A DNA stretch of 64,000 nt from Parcubacteria group bacterium (GTDB taxonomy: Bacteria; Patescibacteriota; Minisyncoccia; Phycocordibacterales; Zambryskibacteraceae), in contig JAQBRH010000004.1 of assembly GCA_028286565.1 (NCBI GenBank), positions 33,951-97,950 of the forward strand. The letters are read 5' to 3'. Of this stretch, positions 10,288-20,402 are shown in pieces. Below the pieces are notes generated by a model that had not been told where the DNA came from, did not search any database, and saw only the letters and a program-made list of their open reading frames with translations. Position 1 is the first letter of the stretch. Each line of letters begins with the position of its first letter. A program made the position numbers and the translations under genes.

Positions 10288-11538
10288 ATGAAAGAAACGG
10301 AGGAGATATGGGATGTCATTGTCATCGGCGGAGGGCCGGCGGGCATGATGGCTGCAGGAACAGCCGGAGCAGAGGGAGCGAAAGTGCTTCTCCTTGAGAA
10401 AAATGACAGTCTCGGCAAGAAGCTTCTCATTTCCGGAGGCGGCAGATGCAATGTCACCAACGCCGAACCGGATCTGAGGAAGCTCCTTTCGAAATTCAAA
10501 GATGCGGACAAGTTCCTCTTCTCGGCCTTTTCCGAATGGGACAACAAAAGCACGATCGAGTTCTTTGAAGGCCGCGGAGTTCCGACCAAGGTCGAGAACG
10601 AGCAGAGAGTATTCCCGGCGTCGAACAGGTCCGAATCCATCTACAACGCCCTCATCGACTACATGAAGGAAGGCAAGGTGGTCGTCCGATCGAACTCCCC
10701 CGTTAAAGGATTTATAAAAGAAGACGCCCTAACTGCGGTAAAACTTGCGGACAATAGCGTCATAAAGGCCAAGAACTTCATCCTGGCGACGGGAGGCAAA
10801 TCCCGTCCGGACACAGGCTCGACCGGAGACGGCTTCGAATGGCTCAGATCCCTCGGACATAAGGTCGTCGACGCGAGCGCGGCCCTCGTCCCTATCGCCC
10901 TCAAGGATCCGTGGATCTCTCGCCTCGCCGGAGTGAGCACAGAGGCCAAGGTCACCGTCCTCCAGAACGAAGAGAAGCAGGAGGTGAAGAAAGGCAAGAT
11001 CCTTTTTACCCACCTCGGACTCTCCGGTCCGACCATCCTCAACCTCTCTAAAGACATCGGCGAGCTTTTGAAGTACGGGGAAGTCGCGCTGTCTCTCGAC
11101 CTCCTTCCCGCCTACGACCACGGCCAGCTGAACGAAAAGCTCCAAGAATTATTCAAGGAGAATATCAATAAGAAATTCAAGAACAGCCTCGGTCCGCTTT
11201 TGCCCGGAGCTCTTTCGACGATCCTGGTCGAGCTTTCACATATAGATCCGGACAAGGCGTCGAACAGCGTCACCCGCGAAGAGCGGCTCGCTCTCATCAA
11301 ACTTTTAAAAGATGTGCGCGTCGATGTCTCTCATACGCTCGGCGTTGAGAAAGCGGTCATCACCTCGGGCGGAGTGGTGCTCGAAGAAGTTGATTTTAAG
11401 ACCATGCGCTCTCGCTTGTATCCGAATCTGTACCTCGTCGGAGATGTGCTCAATATCGATCGTCCGACCGGCGGCTATGGCCTCCAGCTCTCGTGGACAA
11501 CAGGATTCGTCGCCGGCAAAAATTCGGCTAGACTGTAA
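10288..11538 (+). CDS. HI0933/YhiN-family FAD-dependent oxidoreductase
   Basis: GGGPAGMMAA, GKKLLISGGGRCNVTN, ATGG, LFTHLGLSGP and TGGY motifs. Confidence 0.9.
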   Translation: MKETEEIWDVIVIGGGPAGMMAAGTAGAEGAKVLLLEKNDSLGKKLLISGGGRCNVTNAEPDLRKLLSKFKDADKFLFSAFSEWDNKSTIEFFEGRGVPTKVENEQRVFPASNRSESIYNALIDYMKEGKVVVRSNSPVKGFIKEDALTAVKLADNSVIKAKNFILATGGKSRPDTGSTGDGFEWLRSLGHKVVDASAALVPIALKDPWISRLAGVSTEAKVTVLQNEEKQEVKKGKILFTHLGLSGPTILNLSKDIGELLKYGEVALSLDLLPAYDHGQLNEKLQELFKENINKKFKNSLGPLLPGALSTILVELSHIDPDKASNSVTREERLALIKLLKDVRVDVSHTLGVEKAVITSGGVVLEEVDFKTMRSRLYPNLYLVGDVLNIDRPTGGYGLQLSWTTGFVAGKNSARL

Positions 11539-12241
11539 TTCCCAAAAAGTGCCTGAGGGTATGGATCCAATCTTCGTCCTGCTCTCCGTCCTTGGTCTTG
11601 GTGGCGAGAAGCCATTCAAGATAATTCTTATCGGATTTAGCCACTTCCTCTACTCTCTTATCTTTGTGCTTGCCGAAGTTGAAGACGGTGAAGATGGTCG
11701 GCTGAGCGGACACCTCGATCATTTTCTGAATAGCCGTTTCTCTATCTCCGCACGACTCGATCATTTTTGAGAGGAGCCTCTCGAACACCGCACATAAAAC
11801 ATTTACATCTCCCTCGGCGTCATGCGCGTGGCCGTCGACCTTAAGATCTAAAAAGTAGCGCAAGAATTGGAGGTTGTATTCGGGAATGAGATTTTTCTGA
11901 TCGAGGTATCGGGCGACCCTGAGCGTACAGATGAACCGCGGGATCTCGACGCCCTCCTTCTGAAGGATGGCTCGGTCGAACTTGGCGTTATGAGCGACCA
12001 TCACTCCGTCTGCAAGGAGGGCTTGCAGATCTTTTTTCATTTGGCTCTCGGCGAAGGTCTCTTTGCCCTCGAGCATGTGGTTGGTTATATGGGTGATCGA
12101 CATGGCCTTCACCGAGACGGGCACGGGCGGCTTGAAATACCCGACGTAGGTTGTACCTCCCGCCCTATAGCACACCTGGCAGAGGTAGTCCTTCTCGACG
12201 TCGTTCCCGGTTGTTTCTGTATCAAGGAAAACGAGTTCCAT
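11528..12241 (-). CDS. DEDDh 3'-5' exonuclease (ExoX/DnaQ-like)
   Basis: FLDTETTG, HNAKFD, AHDAEGD and C-terminal FGKHK; start at MELVFL after TATACT. Confidence 0.88.
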   Translation of the reverse strand: MELVFLDTETTGNDVEKDYLCQVCYRAGGTTYVGYFKPPVPVSVKAMSITHITNHMLEGKETFAESQMKKDLQALLADGVMVAHNAKFDRAILQKEGVEIPRFICTLRVARYLDQKNLIPEYNLQFLRYFLDLKVDGHAHDAEGDVNVLCAVFERLLSKMIESCGDRETAIQKMIEVSAQPTIFTVFNFGKHKDKRVEEVAKSDKNYLEWLLATKTKDGEQDEDWIHTLRHFLGITV

Positions 12242-12253
12242 GAGGAAGAGTAT

Positions 12254-12274
12254 ACCCTTCGACTGGCTCAGGGT
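12254..12274. repeat. REP-like short palindromic element
   Basis: acccttcgactggctcagggt, intergenic, with complementary ends; resembles a widespread REP-type motif. Confidence 0.4.
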
Positions 12275-12296
12275 AAACCCAAAACTTAGTAAAAGC

Positions 12297-13409
12297 CTAT
12301 TTGAGGTAGTTCCAGGCGTACGGGTCCATGCCGCCGTCGATCTTGAAGATCGCCACGCCGCGGAGTCCCAGCGATTTGGCCAGATCGACCTTTTGTTTGA
12401 TGGAGTATGCATCCGACCATACGAGCATATTCGTTTTCAGATCGGACCGCACTCCGTTCCATGGGGTCGAACTTGCCTCGGGGTAAAAGGTGAAGGAGAG
12501 CTCCCCGGACGACGTACGGGTCGGCATGAGATTCAAAGGCGCCGCGATCTGAAGAGCGTAGAGAGGATTGAAGGCCCAGAGCCTCTCATATGTATATCCC
12601 CCGACTCCGCCCGGAGTGATCGTATATTCATACCCATAGGTTGGGATCCCGAGGATGATCTTCTTTTTGGAGATCTCCTTGGCGGCAAGGTCGACAACTT
12701 TCTTTACCCACTGGGGATCGGCGATCGGCGCGTAGATCCCGGGATTCGTCTGGTCGAGCTTGAGGTCAACCCGGCCTTGGTCGTAGGCCATGATGCGCAC
12801 CCGGTCGCAGTACTTGTTGATCATCTTGTAGTCGTTCGAGACATCCTTTGCATTATAATCCGCGGGCACCGTGTCGTATCTCGATGTGACGGGAGTCCTC
12901 GATTCTATTTCGCATTGCACCCACTTCTTGCCCATGGCCTTGTAGAGGTCGCGGAGAAAGATCGAATAATAATCCTTGGTCTCGGTCAGCTTCGCTTCGT
13001 AGTCGATGTCCACTCCGTCGAAGCCGTTCGCGTTCACCAGGTTGACGATCTCCTTGATGTGCGCATTGCGAAGGGTTTTGTTCGAGAGCGTCGCATGAAT
13101 GGCCGCTCCGTTCCCCCACATTATGGTCGGGATAATTCGGATCTTTTTTGCCTTGGCATTATTGATGAGCGTGGTCCACGGTTCCGCGCCAAAGTTCGTC
13201 GGATCATAGAGATGTCCGTCAGCGGTAACCGTATAGCCGAAAGGATTGATCTCCTTGAAGGCGTCGAGGTGGGCAAGCGTTTCGGCTGTGCCCGTCGCGC
13301 TTCTCCAATACGGGATCCATCCGGACACCTCGAACGTGCCCGCAGCAAAAGCGCTCGGCACGAAAGAGAAGAATGAAAGGATGATGCACAAAGAGACGAT
13401 TCTTTTCAT
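12297..13409 (-). CDS. Secreted glycoside hydrolase family 18
   Basis: Signal peptide; FDGVDIDYE (DxxDxDxE), IMAYD and ILGIPTYGY. Confidence 0.9.
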   Translation of the reverse strand: MKRIVSLCIILSFFSFVPSAFAAGTFEVSGWIPYWRSATGTAETLAHLDAFKEINPFGYTVTADGHLYDPTNFGAEPWTTLINNAKAKKIRIIPTIMWGNGAAIHATLSNKTLRNAHIKEIVNLVNANGFDGVDIDYEAKLTETKDYYSIFLRDLYKAMGKKWVQCEIESRTPVTSRYDTVPADYNAKDVSNDYKMINKYCDRVRIMAYDQGRVDLKLDQTNPGIYAPIADPQWVKKVVDLAAKEISKKKIILGIPTYGYEYTITPGGVGGYTYERLWAFNPLYALQIAAPLNLMPTRTSSGELSFTFYPEASSTPWNGVRSDLKTNMLVWSDAYSIKQKVDLAKSLGLRGVAIFKIDGGMDPYAWNYLK

Positions 13410-13435
13410 ACGACCATTATACCCGCCTCGGTGAG

Positions 13436-13954
13436 TTATGCCTTCTTGTATTCGCGTATTTCCTCGGCGTGATACTTTTTGAGGATATCCATCACTCCGC
13501 TCGGATTCATCGAACGAGCGGTGACGAGGATGCCTCCGCGCTTCACTCGCTCTTCGTAGAGAGCCGCATCCTCAGAACTTACCCCGAGGCCGGCGAGCGC
13601 TCCGACGAGACCCCCGGCAACGAGTCCGGTCATCGCTCCGGCCGCGGTTGTGGCAGCCGCTCCGGTCAAACCGAGGGCGGCGGCAAGAGGCCCGGCCACA
13701 AAGAGCGTCCCGAGTCCGGGCAGAATGCCGTTCGCGACCACGAGGCCGGCGATGGCGCCCAAGACCGCGCCCGTGGTAGCTCCGCTCGCTGCGGCATCGC
13801 CGACGTGCGATCCTCCGTCCGCGGTGACGACTACTCCTTCAGAATTGTAGACATACGAGATGTCCGCATCGGCGATGCCGAAGGTCCGAAGCTCATTAAT
13901 GGCCGCTTCGGCGTCAGTCCTGTCTTTAAATACTGCTACTGTTGTTTTTTCCAT
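13436..13954 (-). CDS. General stress/glycine-zipper membrane protein
   Basis: VAVF...AEAAINEL, Gly/Ala-rich zipper with PGLGTLFVAGPL, and YEERVKRGGILV. Confidence 0.7.
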   Translation of the reverse strand: MEKTTVAVFKDRTDAEAAINELRTFGIADADISYVYNSEGVVVTADGGSHVGDAAASGATTGAVLGAIAGLVVANGILPGLGTLFVAGPLAAALGLTGAAATTAAGAMTGLVAGGLVGALAGLGVSSEDAALYEERVKRGGILVTARSMNPSGVMDILKKYHAEEIREYKKA

Positions 13955-14020
13955 AATAAGCCTAGGTTAAACCGATAATACCCCTAGGTATGGAGACGGG
14001 CCGAGCTCGAAAATATTACT

Positions 14021-14656
14021 CTAGTTGCTTGAGATAAGGAGCTTGAAACTCTTCACGATACTCTCCAGGTCATTGACCAGTTTCTGCTTGTCGAACTCCA
14101 GGATGCTGCCGGCCGGATAATTCGAGATATTCCCATAATGGATGGTGTATTCGATCGCATAACAATCGCCGTCAAGTATTCCTCTGTAGCTCGTGGTCTC
14201 ATAGCGATTGCCGGCTGCGGCATCAGTGAACGCAAACGACGTGAAAGGGAAACCGGAGATGGTGGCGGTCCCCTTCGTCGCCTTCAGCCCGGTGGTGTCC
14301 TGTGTGCACGTCCGGATAGCGCTTGGAGCATTTGATCGTCCGACGGTCAGCTTCGCATCCGCAAAATTCGTGTTCGGCATATACGATCGAGGTACGGTGA
14401 TCGTCCCAAGGAGAGACCCTGTGGTTGTAGCCCCGAACATCCATTCTCCGGCGAGGCCCGGTCCTTTTGAAACCGCGAACTCCTTCGGGTAACTGAATTG
14501 AAACTGGCCGGCCGGATCTGTATAGGTGAGGAGATCGGTCGAGGTTTCAGGGGTTGAAGTGGCGATCGGCGATCCCGGAGCATTGGCAGGCCGCTTCCAA
14601 AGCACGAGGCCTCCGACAATAACAAGACCGAGGATCAAGAGGAGTAGTTTTTTCAT
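14021..14656 (-). CDS. Membrane-anchored/secreted hypothetical protein
   Basis: Start moved to MKKLLLL (signal-like); FQFSYP motif and AAAGNRYE. Confidence 0.7.
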   Translation of the reverse strand: MKKLLLLILGLVIVGGLVLWKRPANAPGSPIATSTPETSTDLLTYTDPAGQFQFSYPKEFAVSKGPGLAGEWMFGATTTGSLLGTITVPRSYMPNTNFADAKLTVGRSNAPSAIRTCTQDTTGLKATKGTATISGFPFTSFAFTDAAAGNRYETTSYRGILDGDCYAIEYTIHYGNISNYPAGSILEFDKQKLVNDLESIVKSFKLLISSN

Positions 14657-14657
14657 A

Positions 14658-15758
14658 TTATTGATATTGGATGAATAATGGGGCGGGCACAAGCTTGAGG
14701 ACTTCCGCCGGGGTGAGAAGGCGGGTCGACGGCGGTTTGAGGTCATTCTTATAGAAAAGTTTGAACCCGGTAAACTGGATCGGCTCCGGATAGACGACCT
14801 GCTGATACGTGTTGATCTTCTTCGCGGCGAATCCCCACCCGTCCATATCGACGACGATCTCGACCTCTGGTAGAGGACGTACGACTTTATAGTTTGTGAC
14901 CATATCTTCGGTAAAACGGTGAATAACAAGAACTTTCGGCGGAAGGTTGTGGGCCCGGACGAGCGTCGCCAGATACTCCGCCGCGTAGTTTATATCCTTC
15001 TCATCCATGGTGCCGATCACCGTCCCCGGTTTTGCTCCGGTCTTCATGGAAAATTCCGGATCAATAGCCAGATGCACTTCGGGCATGGAAAGATACTTCT
15101 CAAGGACCGGAAGTTCGTGCTCGAGGTCCGATAGCCCGACCTGAACATCAAGGATGACGATGCCGTCGACCTTGTGCGCGAGTTCGAGGGCCCGATCGAT
15201 CTGCGAATCGGGCATTCTCAGCCTATATTTCCCGTCCTTTCCGGCGCTTCCTTGGGCGGTGGTGACGATGTAGTCGATGGCGGGCAGGACCGGAGTCTTC
15301 GGATCGGCCTCGTTCCAGCGCGCCATTTCCGCCCTCAGTTTCTCAAGCATGATATCCTCGGGGTATTCTCCGAGTACGCCCATCCCCTTCGAATAAAAGT
15401 TCCCGTAATACGCGACGATGCGCTTGAATGGGAGAATGGCTCCGGCATTCGGATAGACATGAGGCTTCGGACCCCATAAGAGCCTCGTCGAAGTGGCGCT
15501 GGTCGAAGCGACGTTCGAGATCTCTATGAGTTTTTTATCATAGGCGTCCTTGTCGAGCTTGGGAACCGGCTTGACCGCGTCGATAAGCGCCCTGACCGGT
15601 GTCGTGGAAGATACGGCTCCGGGGGTGCCGTATTCGACGGCCAAAAGATCTGAGTAATTAAGAGTATAAATAGATCCGCCGAGGATCGCCAGCGCTCCTC
15701 CCAGGACAAAAAACTTTTTTGGTCCTTTGCTCTTTGTTTTTGAAGATCTTGTAGCCAT
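14658..15758 (-). CDS. Conserved membrane-anchored hypothetical protein (possible glycoside hydrolase-like fold)
   Basis: N-terminal TM; RIVAYYG, LDVQVG, HLAIDPEF, MDGWG and GFKLFY motifs. Confidence 0.7.
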   Translation of the reverse strand: MATRSSKTKSKGPKKFFVLGGALAILGGSIYTLNYSDLLAVEYGTPGAVSSTTPVRALIDAVKPVPKLDKDAYDKKLIEISNVASTSATSTRLLWGPKPHVYPNAGAILPFKRIVAYYGNFYSKGMGVLGEYPEDIMLEKLRAEMARWNEADPKTPVLPAIDYIVTTAQGSAGKDGKYRLRMPDSQIDRALELAHKVDGIVILDVQVGLSDLEHELPVLEKYLSMPEVHLAIDPEFSMKTGAKPGTVIGTMDEKDINYAAEYLATLVRAHNLPPKVLVIHRFTEDMVTNYKVVRPLPEVEIVVDMDGWGFAAKKINTYQQVVYPEPIQFTGFKLFYKNDLKPPSTRLLTPAEVLKLVPAPLFIQYQ

Positions 15759-15793
15759 CAGATTCTATAGTGATGGCTCATTCTAGCACACGG

Positions 15794-17716
15794 TCATTCT
15801 TTCTTTAGATAATCCCGCGTGAGAGCGTCGAGGAGGACTTTCGTCTCGATCGTCGCCACTCCCACCACCTTGTCCGCTCCGCCGTAGTAGACATACAGGG
15901 TCTTTCCTTCTTCGACCATCCCGCACGGGAAGACCACCCGATTCACCACTCCCACCTTCTCATATTCTTCCTCAGGCTCAAAGATCGGATCAGATGATCT
16001 CGCGAGGACGATCGTCGGGTCTTCGAGGTCGAGGAGAACGGCACCCACTCGGTATGTATGGTGTTCTTTGGAGATCGCATGATAGAGGAGGAGCCAGCCC
16101 TTTTTTGTCTTAATGGGAGGGCCGGCAATGCCCGTTTTCACCCCGTCCCACATGCCCGGACGCGGCCCGAGGATGCGGATGCATTTGTTGACCTGGTGCT
16201 TTTCGAACTCAAGGCTCGGCAGATAATCCCCGCAGATATCCGTGCCTATGCGGTGAAGCACGAAATATCTGTTCCCCGTCTTCTCCGGCAGGATGCAGCC
16301 GTCCTTGTCGTCAACCGCCAGCGGAGTGATGAGTTCAGGCGTCGTCCAATTAAAATTATTTGAAAGGAAATCCTTTTCGGAAATGGAGGTGGCGGCCACC
16401 CGGGGCGGGCCGATCCCGTCGAACGCCGTGTAGCACATATATATCCGGTCGCCGATCTTCGAGACCCGGGGATCTTCACATCCGGAGTTCCCGCCTTCGA
16501 CCTTCTTCATCTCATACGGCGTACGCGGAGTATAGATAGGATCGGAAAGGCGAGAAGTAATATTGTATCCGTCGAGCGTGGTGGCGAGCCCGATCGTCGA
16601 TGTATTGTCTCCGGCGATAGCCCTATAGAAAAGATATGTGGTCTTTTTGATCTTCAGGGCGCCGGGGTTAAGCACCGCCTGCTCTTCCCACGAATGCTCT
16701 TTGATCGGCGTAAGGATGGGATTTTTGAAGAAACGCTTGAGGTGCCGCGTTGGGGCGAGGTCGGGATGAAGGCTCCCGACGAGGTCGGCCAAGCTCACTT
16801 CAGCCACGCATCCGGTACTGTCCGCCGCTCCGTAATAGATAGAGAGCGTATCCCCTTCGACGGACGCGCCGGACGGGAAAACGATGTTCGAGACCATGCC
16901 TACATGTTCATACGGCTCTTCTGGCACAAGCATCGGACCTTTGGTGCGGCCGATCACGCGGCGAGGGTCATGGAGATCGAGGAGAACCGCCTCGATGCCG
17001 AAGATCTTTTCTTCGGAAAAATAATTCTGCACATGCGAATAGATCATGAGCCATCCGTACTTTGTCTTGATGGGAGAAGCTCCGACCTCGACGTGTTCGG
17101 AATCCAAGCGGCGAAGATCGATCGAATAGGTGTCGATATTCGCCTCAAATCCTTCCCACGACTTCGGGTCCCATACTTCTTCGATCCGATCGAATTGCCT
17201 GATGCACATCTTGGCCGGCGGCGCATCGGTATGAGCCGAGAAGATGACCGTCACCTTGCCGTTGATGGTGTCCGGGAAGAGGCTCATGGCCTTGGCATTA
17301 AAGGGAGTGACGAGGTGGCGCTCGGTGACCGATTCGAGGTCCTTGGATATGGCCACGGCGCATTTGATGCCGCCCGCGCCGAAGGGAAAGGATCCGAGGG
17401 CTGTGTAGAACGTATAATACAAACCCTCAAAGTACGTCGTGCGCGGATCCTCGCAGCCGAACTTTTCCCATTCCTCCTCGGGGGTAATGAACTGTCGATG
17501 ATGGATGTACTGCTTCCCGGATGCTTCGGCGATGCCGATGGTCGATAGCTGCTTTGGCTCTCGGAGCACATCAGGGGTTGAAAGAGCCCGATACAAAAGG
17601 TATTTCTTCCGGCCTTTGACCGCGGGAGTGGGATTGAAGGCGGCTGATCCCTCCCAAAACTGCTCGTGGTTCGGAGTGAGGATCGGATTATGCGCGCTGC
17701 GTTTGACGACGAACAT
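15794..17716 (-). CDS. Tandem two-domain GH130-family glycosidase/phosphorylase
   Basis: Two repeats of NPILTP...(F/L)NP...GCEDPR...GW(L)xxY...VFP.G...YYG(A/G)AD. Confidence 0.88.
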   Translation of the reverse strand: MFVVKRSAHNPILTPNHEQFWEGSAAFNPTPAVKGRKKYLLYRALSTPDVLREPKQLSTIGIAEASGKQYIHHRQFITPEEEWEKFGCEDPRTTYFEGLYYTFYTALGSFPFGAGGIKCAVAISKDLESVTERHLVTPFNAKAMSLFPDTINGKVTVIFSAHTDAPPAKMCIRQFDRIEEVWDPKSWEGFEANIDTYSIDLRRLDSEHVEVGASPIKTKYGWLMIYSHVQNYFSEEKIFGIEAVLLDLHDPRRVIGRTKGPMLVPEEPYEHVGMVSNIVFPSGASVEGDTLSIYYGAADSTGCVAEVSLADLVGSLHPDLAPTRHLKRFFKNPILTPIKEHSWEEQAVLNPGALKIKKTTYLFYRAIAGDNTSTIGLATTLDGYNITSRLSDPIYTPRTPYEMKKVEGGNSGCEDPRVSKIGDRIYMCYTAFDGIGPPRVAATSISEKDFLSNNFNWTTPELITPLAVDDKDGCILPEKTGNRYFVLHRIGTDICGDYLPSLEFEKHQVNKCIRILGPRPGMWDGVKTGIAGPPIKTKKGWLLLYHAISKEHHTYRVGAVLLDLEDPTIVLARSSDPIFEPEEEYEKVGVVNRVVFPCGMVEEGKTLYVYYGGADKVVGVATIETKVLLDALTRDYLKKE

Positions 17717-18894
17717 TATTTTTTCTTTGTCGTTACTTTTTTCAGTTTTGGTTTGCCTGATCTTCGGAGATCATCGAGGAACGGATCGAGCTTCGCGGCC
17801 GCAACGCACACGACGGTATCTGCTCCTCCATAATACACGAAGAGCCAATCGCGGACGATGACCGCTCCGCACGAATACACCACTCCGGCTTTATGCCCCG
17901 CATTCTCATACCACTCATCGGGCTCAAGGATCGCTTCTCCCGCCTCGGCCAAGACCTTCGTCGGGTCCTTGAGGTCGAGGAGCATCGCGCCGATCTTGTA
18001 TTTGTTCGGGTCTCGGGTATCCATGACGTGGTTCAAGACGAGCCAGCCGTATTCCGTCTTCATCGGCGACGGTCCGACTCCGCGGGGCCATAATCCCTCC
18101 TTGCCCTTTGGGGCCGTCCGATCCCCTGAGATGCTTTTAATGGGTTTTGATTCGCCGAGCGAATCGAGGTCGCGGACGTACTCGATGAGAACCTTGGGTA
18201 CGATGCTGTGGAGAATGGCATATTTGCCTTTGATCTTTTCCGGGAACAGCACCCAGTTCTTATGGATCTCCCCCGGCGGAGAGATAAGGGCGGGGATCTT
18301 CCAATTCCACCGTTCATTCACAAAATCATCAAAGCTGATCGAGGTCAGGGCGATACGAATGGCTCCCCAGCCGTCGAACATGGTGTAGAGCATATAGATC
18401 CTGTCGTCGATCCGAGTGAGGTGCGGATCTTCGCACCCGCCGAGCCCTCCACCCCCGGATGTATACGCGGCCTCGGGCACCGTTTTGTCCGGAGTGACCT
18501 TATGAAAATATACCGGGCGGGAGTTGCGGCTGAAGACCGTAAATCCGTCCTTGGAGACCGCGTGCCCGAGCATGGAAATATCTCCCACCCCGATGGCTCT
18601 GTAGAGAATATGGACCTTGCCGTCCGCGTAGAGGGCGCTCGGGTTGAAAGTGGCTTTTGATTCCCAGTATTGATGGGCGGTCGGAGTGATGATCGGATTC
18701 TCCACGAACTTTTGCAGCGAGCCGGGGGACGTTTTCTTCTTGAGCAGGCTCCGCTTAACGATGAGCTTCGGCTTTCGGACAATTCTGGATCTTAGCTTTG
18801 CTGTAGGGATTTTTTTGGCCGTTTTTTTAGCGACCTTTTTGACAGGTTTTTTCTTTTGGACGATCTTTTTCTTTTGCGGTTTACGTTCGGCCAT
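17716..18894 (-). CDS. GH130-family glycosidase/phosphorylase with Lys-rich N-terminal tail
   Basis: NPIITP, TFNP, GCEDP, KNWVLFPEKI and YYGGAD. Confidence 0.88.
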   Translation of the reverse strand: MAERKPQKKKIVQKKKPVKKVAKKTAKKIPTAKLRSRIVRKPKLIVKRSLLKKKTSPGSLQKFVENPIITPTAHQYWESKATFNPSALYADGKVHILYRAIGVGDISMLGHAVSKDGFTVFSRNSRPVYFHKVTPDKTVPEAAYTSGGGGLGGCEDPHLTRIDDRIYMLYTMFDGWGAIRIALTSISFDDFVNERWNWKIPALISPPGEIHKNWVLFPEKIKGKYAILHSIVPKVLIEYVRDLDSLGESKPIKSISGDRTAPKGKEGLWPRGVGPSPMKTEYGWLVLNHVMDTRDPNKYKIGAMLLDLKDPTKVLAEAGEAILEPDEWYENAGHKAGVVYSCGAVIVRDWLFVYYGGADTVVCVAAAKLDPFLDDLRRSGKPKLKKVTTKKK

Positions 18895-19225
18895 ATTTGT
18901 CTTCGGTTCTGACTATATCCTTCTCATCAAATTGGCCTCGGGCGATCTCCAGAAACTCGACATCGCCGCCGACCGCCGCGATGCGATGCTCGACGTTAGG
19001 CGGAGTTTCAAACTCGTCTCCGGCTTTGGCCATAACCTTCTCCCCTCCGATCGTGACCTCGGGCGTCCCCTTCAATATATGCCAAAACTCTCCGCGATGT
19101 TCGTGGTATTGCAAGCTCAAGGATTCTCCATCTTTTATGAAAATTGTTTTGACCGTCACGGGTTCGTTCTCGGCATATTCTCTGAACTCTCCCCAAGGCC
19201 GCTTTATCGAAAAGGGCTTGTCCAT
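18881..19225 (-). CDS. Cupin, mannose-6-phosphate isomerase type II C-terminal-like
   Basis: RPWG, LSLQYHEHRGEFW and DIVRTEDKYGR. Confidence 0.85.
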   Translation of the reverse strand: MDKPFSIKRPWGEFREYAENEPVTVKTIFIKDGESLSLQYHEHRGEFWHILKGTPEVTIGGEKVMAKAGDEFETPPNVEHRIAAVGGDVEFLEIARGQFDEKDIVRTEDKYGRT

Positions 19226-19252
19226 ATACCTCCAAGTATATCACCGAAGAGG

Positions 19253-20002
19253 TCAAGCGATGAGCTTGCGAATGGTGTCTTTGGTGTCGGAAAGGCCGGG
19301 CTTTTCCTCAGAGGCATAAGGGATGCCAGTGGGGATAACCGATGCGTCATTCCCCCCGGGGAAGAGCGCATCGCCCACAAAGAGAACCTCCTCTTTTGAA
19401 AGCTCGAGATGCTTCATAAGTTCATGGAGGCCAAAGGCCTTGTCTATCCCCTGCCTCGTCACGTCGATCGACGTCGTCCCCCCGATGCTGAGGGCAAAGT
19501 TCGGAAGCTCCCGCTGCAGCACGACCACGAGCGCGCTCCGCTTATGGTGATCCGGATCCCACGAATACTTGAGCTCGTTCGGTGCGTCGCTTCCGAGGGC
19601 CGAGAATGTTATCTGAGTCCCCCTATCCTCGATCTGTACGCCGTAGATCCTTTCGGGCTGAACAAATCCGGTTTCTCTGAAAGCGAGGCCGAAGGCCTCC
19701 ATGATCTTCTGCTTTTCATCTTCACTGAGGGCATATGAGTATACTTCCTTCCACCCTCCTTTATATTCATAGAGCTGGGCCCCCATGGTGGGAAGGAGGT
19801 AGAGATAGCGAAGCTCGTCTTCCGAGGCTCCGAGGGGGTCAATGATGCTTTTTTTAAATTGTTCAAAGGTTCCGCCGGAGATCACCGCCACTCTTTTTTT
19901 GTCGAGAAGCGTGCGAAGGAGCGCCGCCATCTCCGCATCGAGAGGAGACTTGCTCTCGGTGAGCGTCTGGTCTATATCGAACGCGACGAGTTTTGGGGTC
20001 AT
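19253..20002 (-). CDS. HAD-IIB hydrolase, eukaryotic-type phosphomannomutase-like
   Basis: FDIDQTL, ISGG, IEDRGTQITFSALG, GGTTSIDV and FVGDALFPGGND. Confidence 0.85.
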   Translation of the reverse strand: MTPKLVAFDIDQTLTESKSPLDAEMAALLRTLLDKKRVAVISGGTFEQFKKSIIDPLGASEDELRYLYLLPTMGAQLYEYKGGWKEVYSYALSEDEKQKIMEAFGLAFRETGFVQPERIYGVQIEDRGTQITFSALGSDAPNELKYSWDPDHHKRSALVVVLQRELPNFALSIGGTTSIDVTRQGIDKAFGLHELMKHLELSKEEVLFVGDALFPGGNDASVIPTGIPYASEEKPGLSDTKDTIRKLIA

Positions 20003-20400
20003 TATAGTGTGTTACCCGAGAAAGAGGACGGTTCGGCCGTCCGGCAGTTCTTGTAGTCCTGATCCATAGAATTATCGCGCATGATGATCGCCTCATTGCC
20101 CTTGTTCCAAAAGACAAGCGACTCGTCCGCATTCGCATAGCGCGCCCCGGAAGCGGAGATCGCTTGGGGAAGATAGAGAGTTTTCTGTCCGCCGAATTCC
20201 AGATGGACCGAGCGCGGATAAAACTCCGCAAAGATCTCCCGGCTGTCGCATGTAAACGTCGCGGTGGAGAGAGGAGTACCCAGGATAAACACCGTTTGGA
20301 ACTTTCGGCCGAGCTGAAATCCTACGAGCAATACGGCCACAAAAAGGATAATGGCCATGGCCTGAGAGAGCGGAGTTACCCTGTTCCAGACGATCTTCAT
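20002..20400 (-). CDS. MliC-like (lysozyme inhibitor) domain membrane-anchored protein
   Basis: LPQAISASGARY...FWNKGNEA signature flanked by two Cys. Confidence 0.8.
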   Translation of the reverse strand: MKIVWNRVTPLSQAMAIILFVAVLLVGFQLGRKFQTVFILGTPLSTATFTCDSREIFAEFYPRSVHLEFGGQKTLYLPQAISASGARYANADESLVFWNKGNEAIIMRDNSMDQDYKNCRTAEPSSFSGNTL

Positions 20401-20402
20401 AC

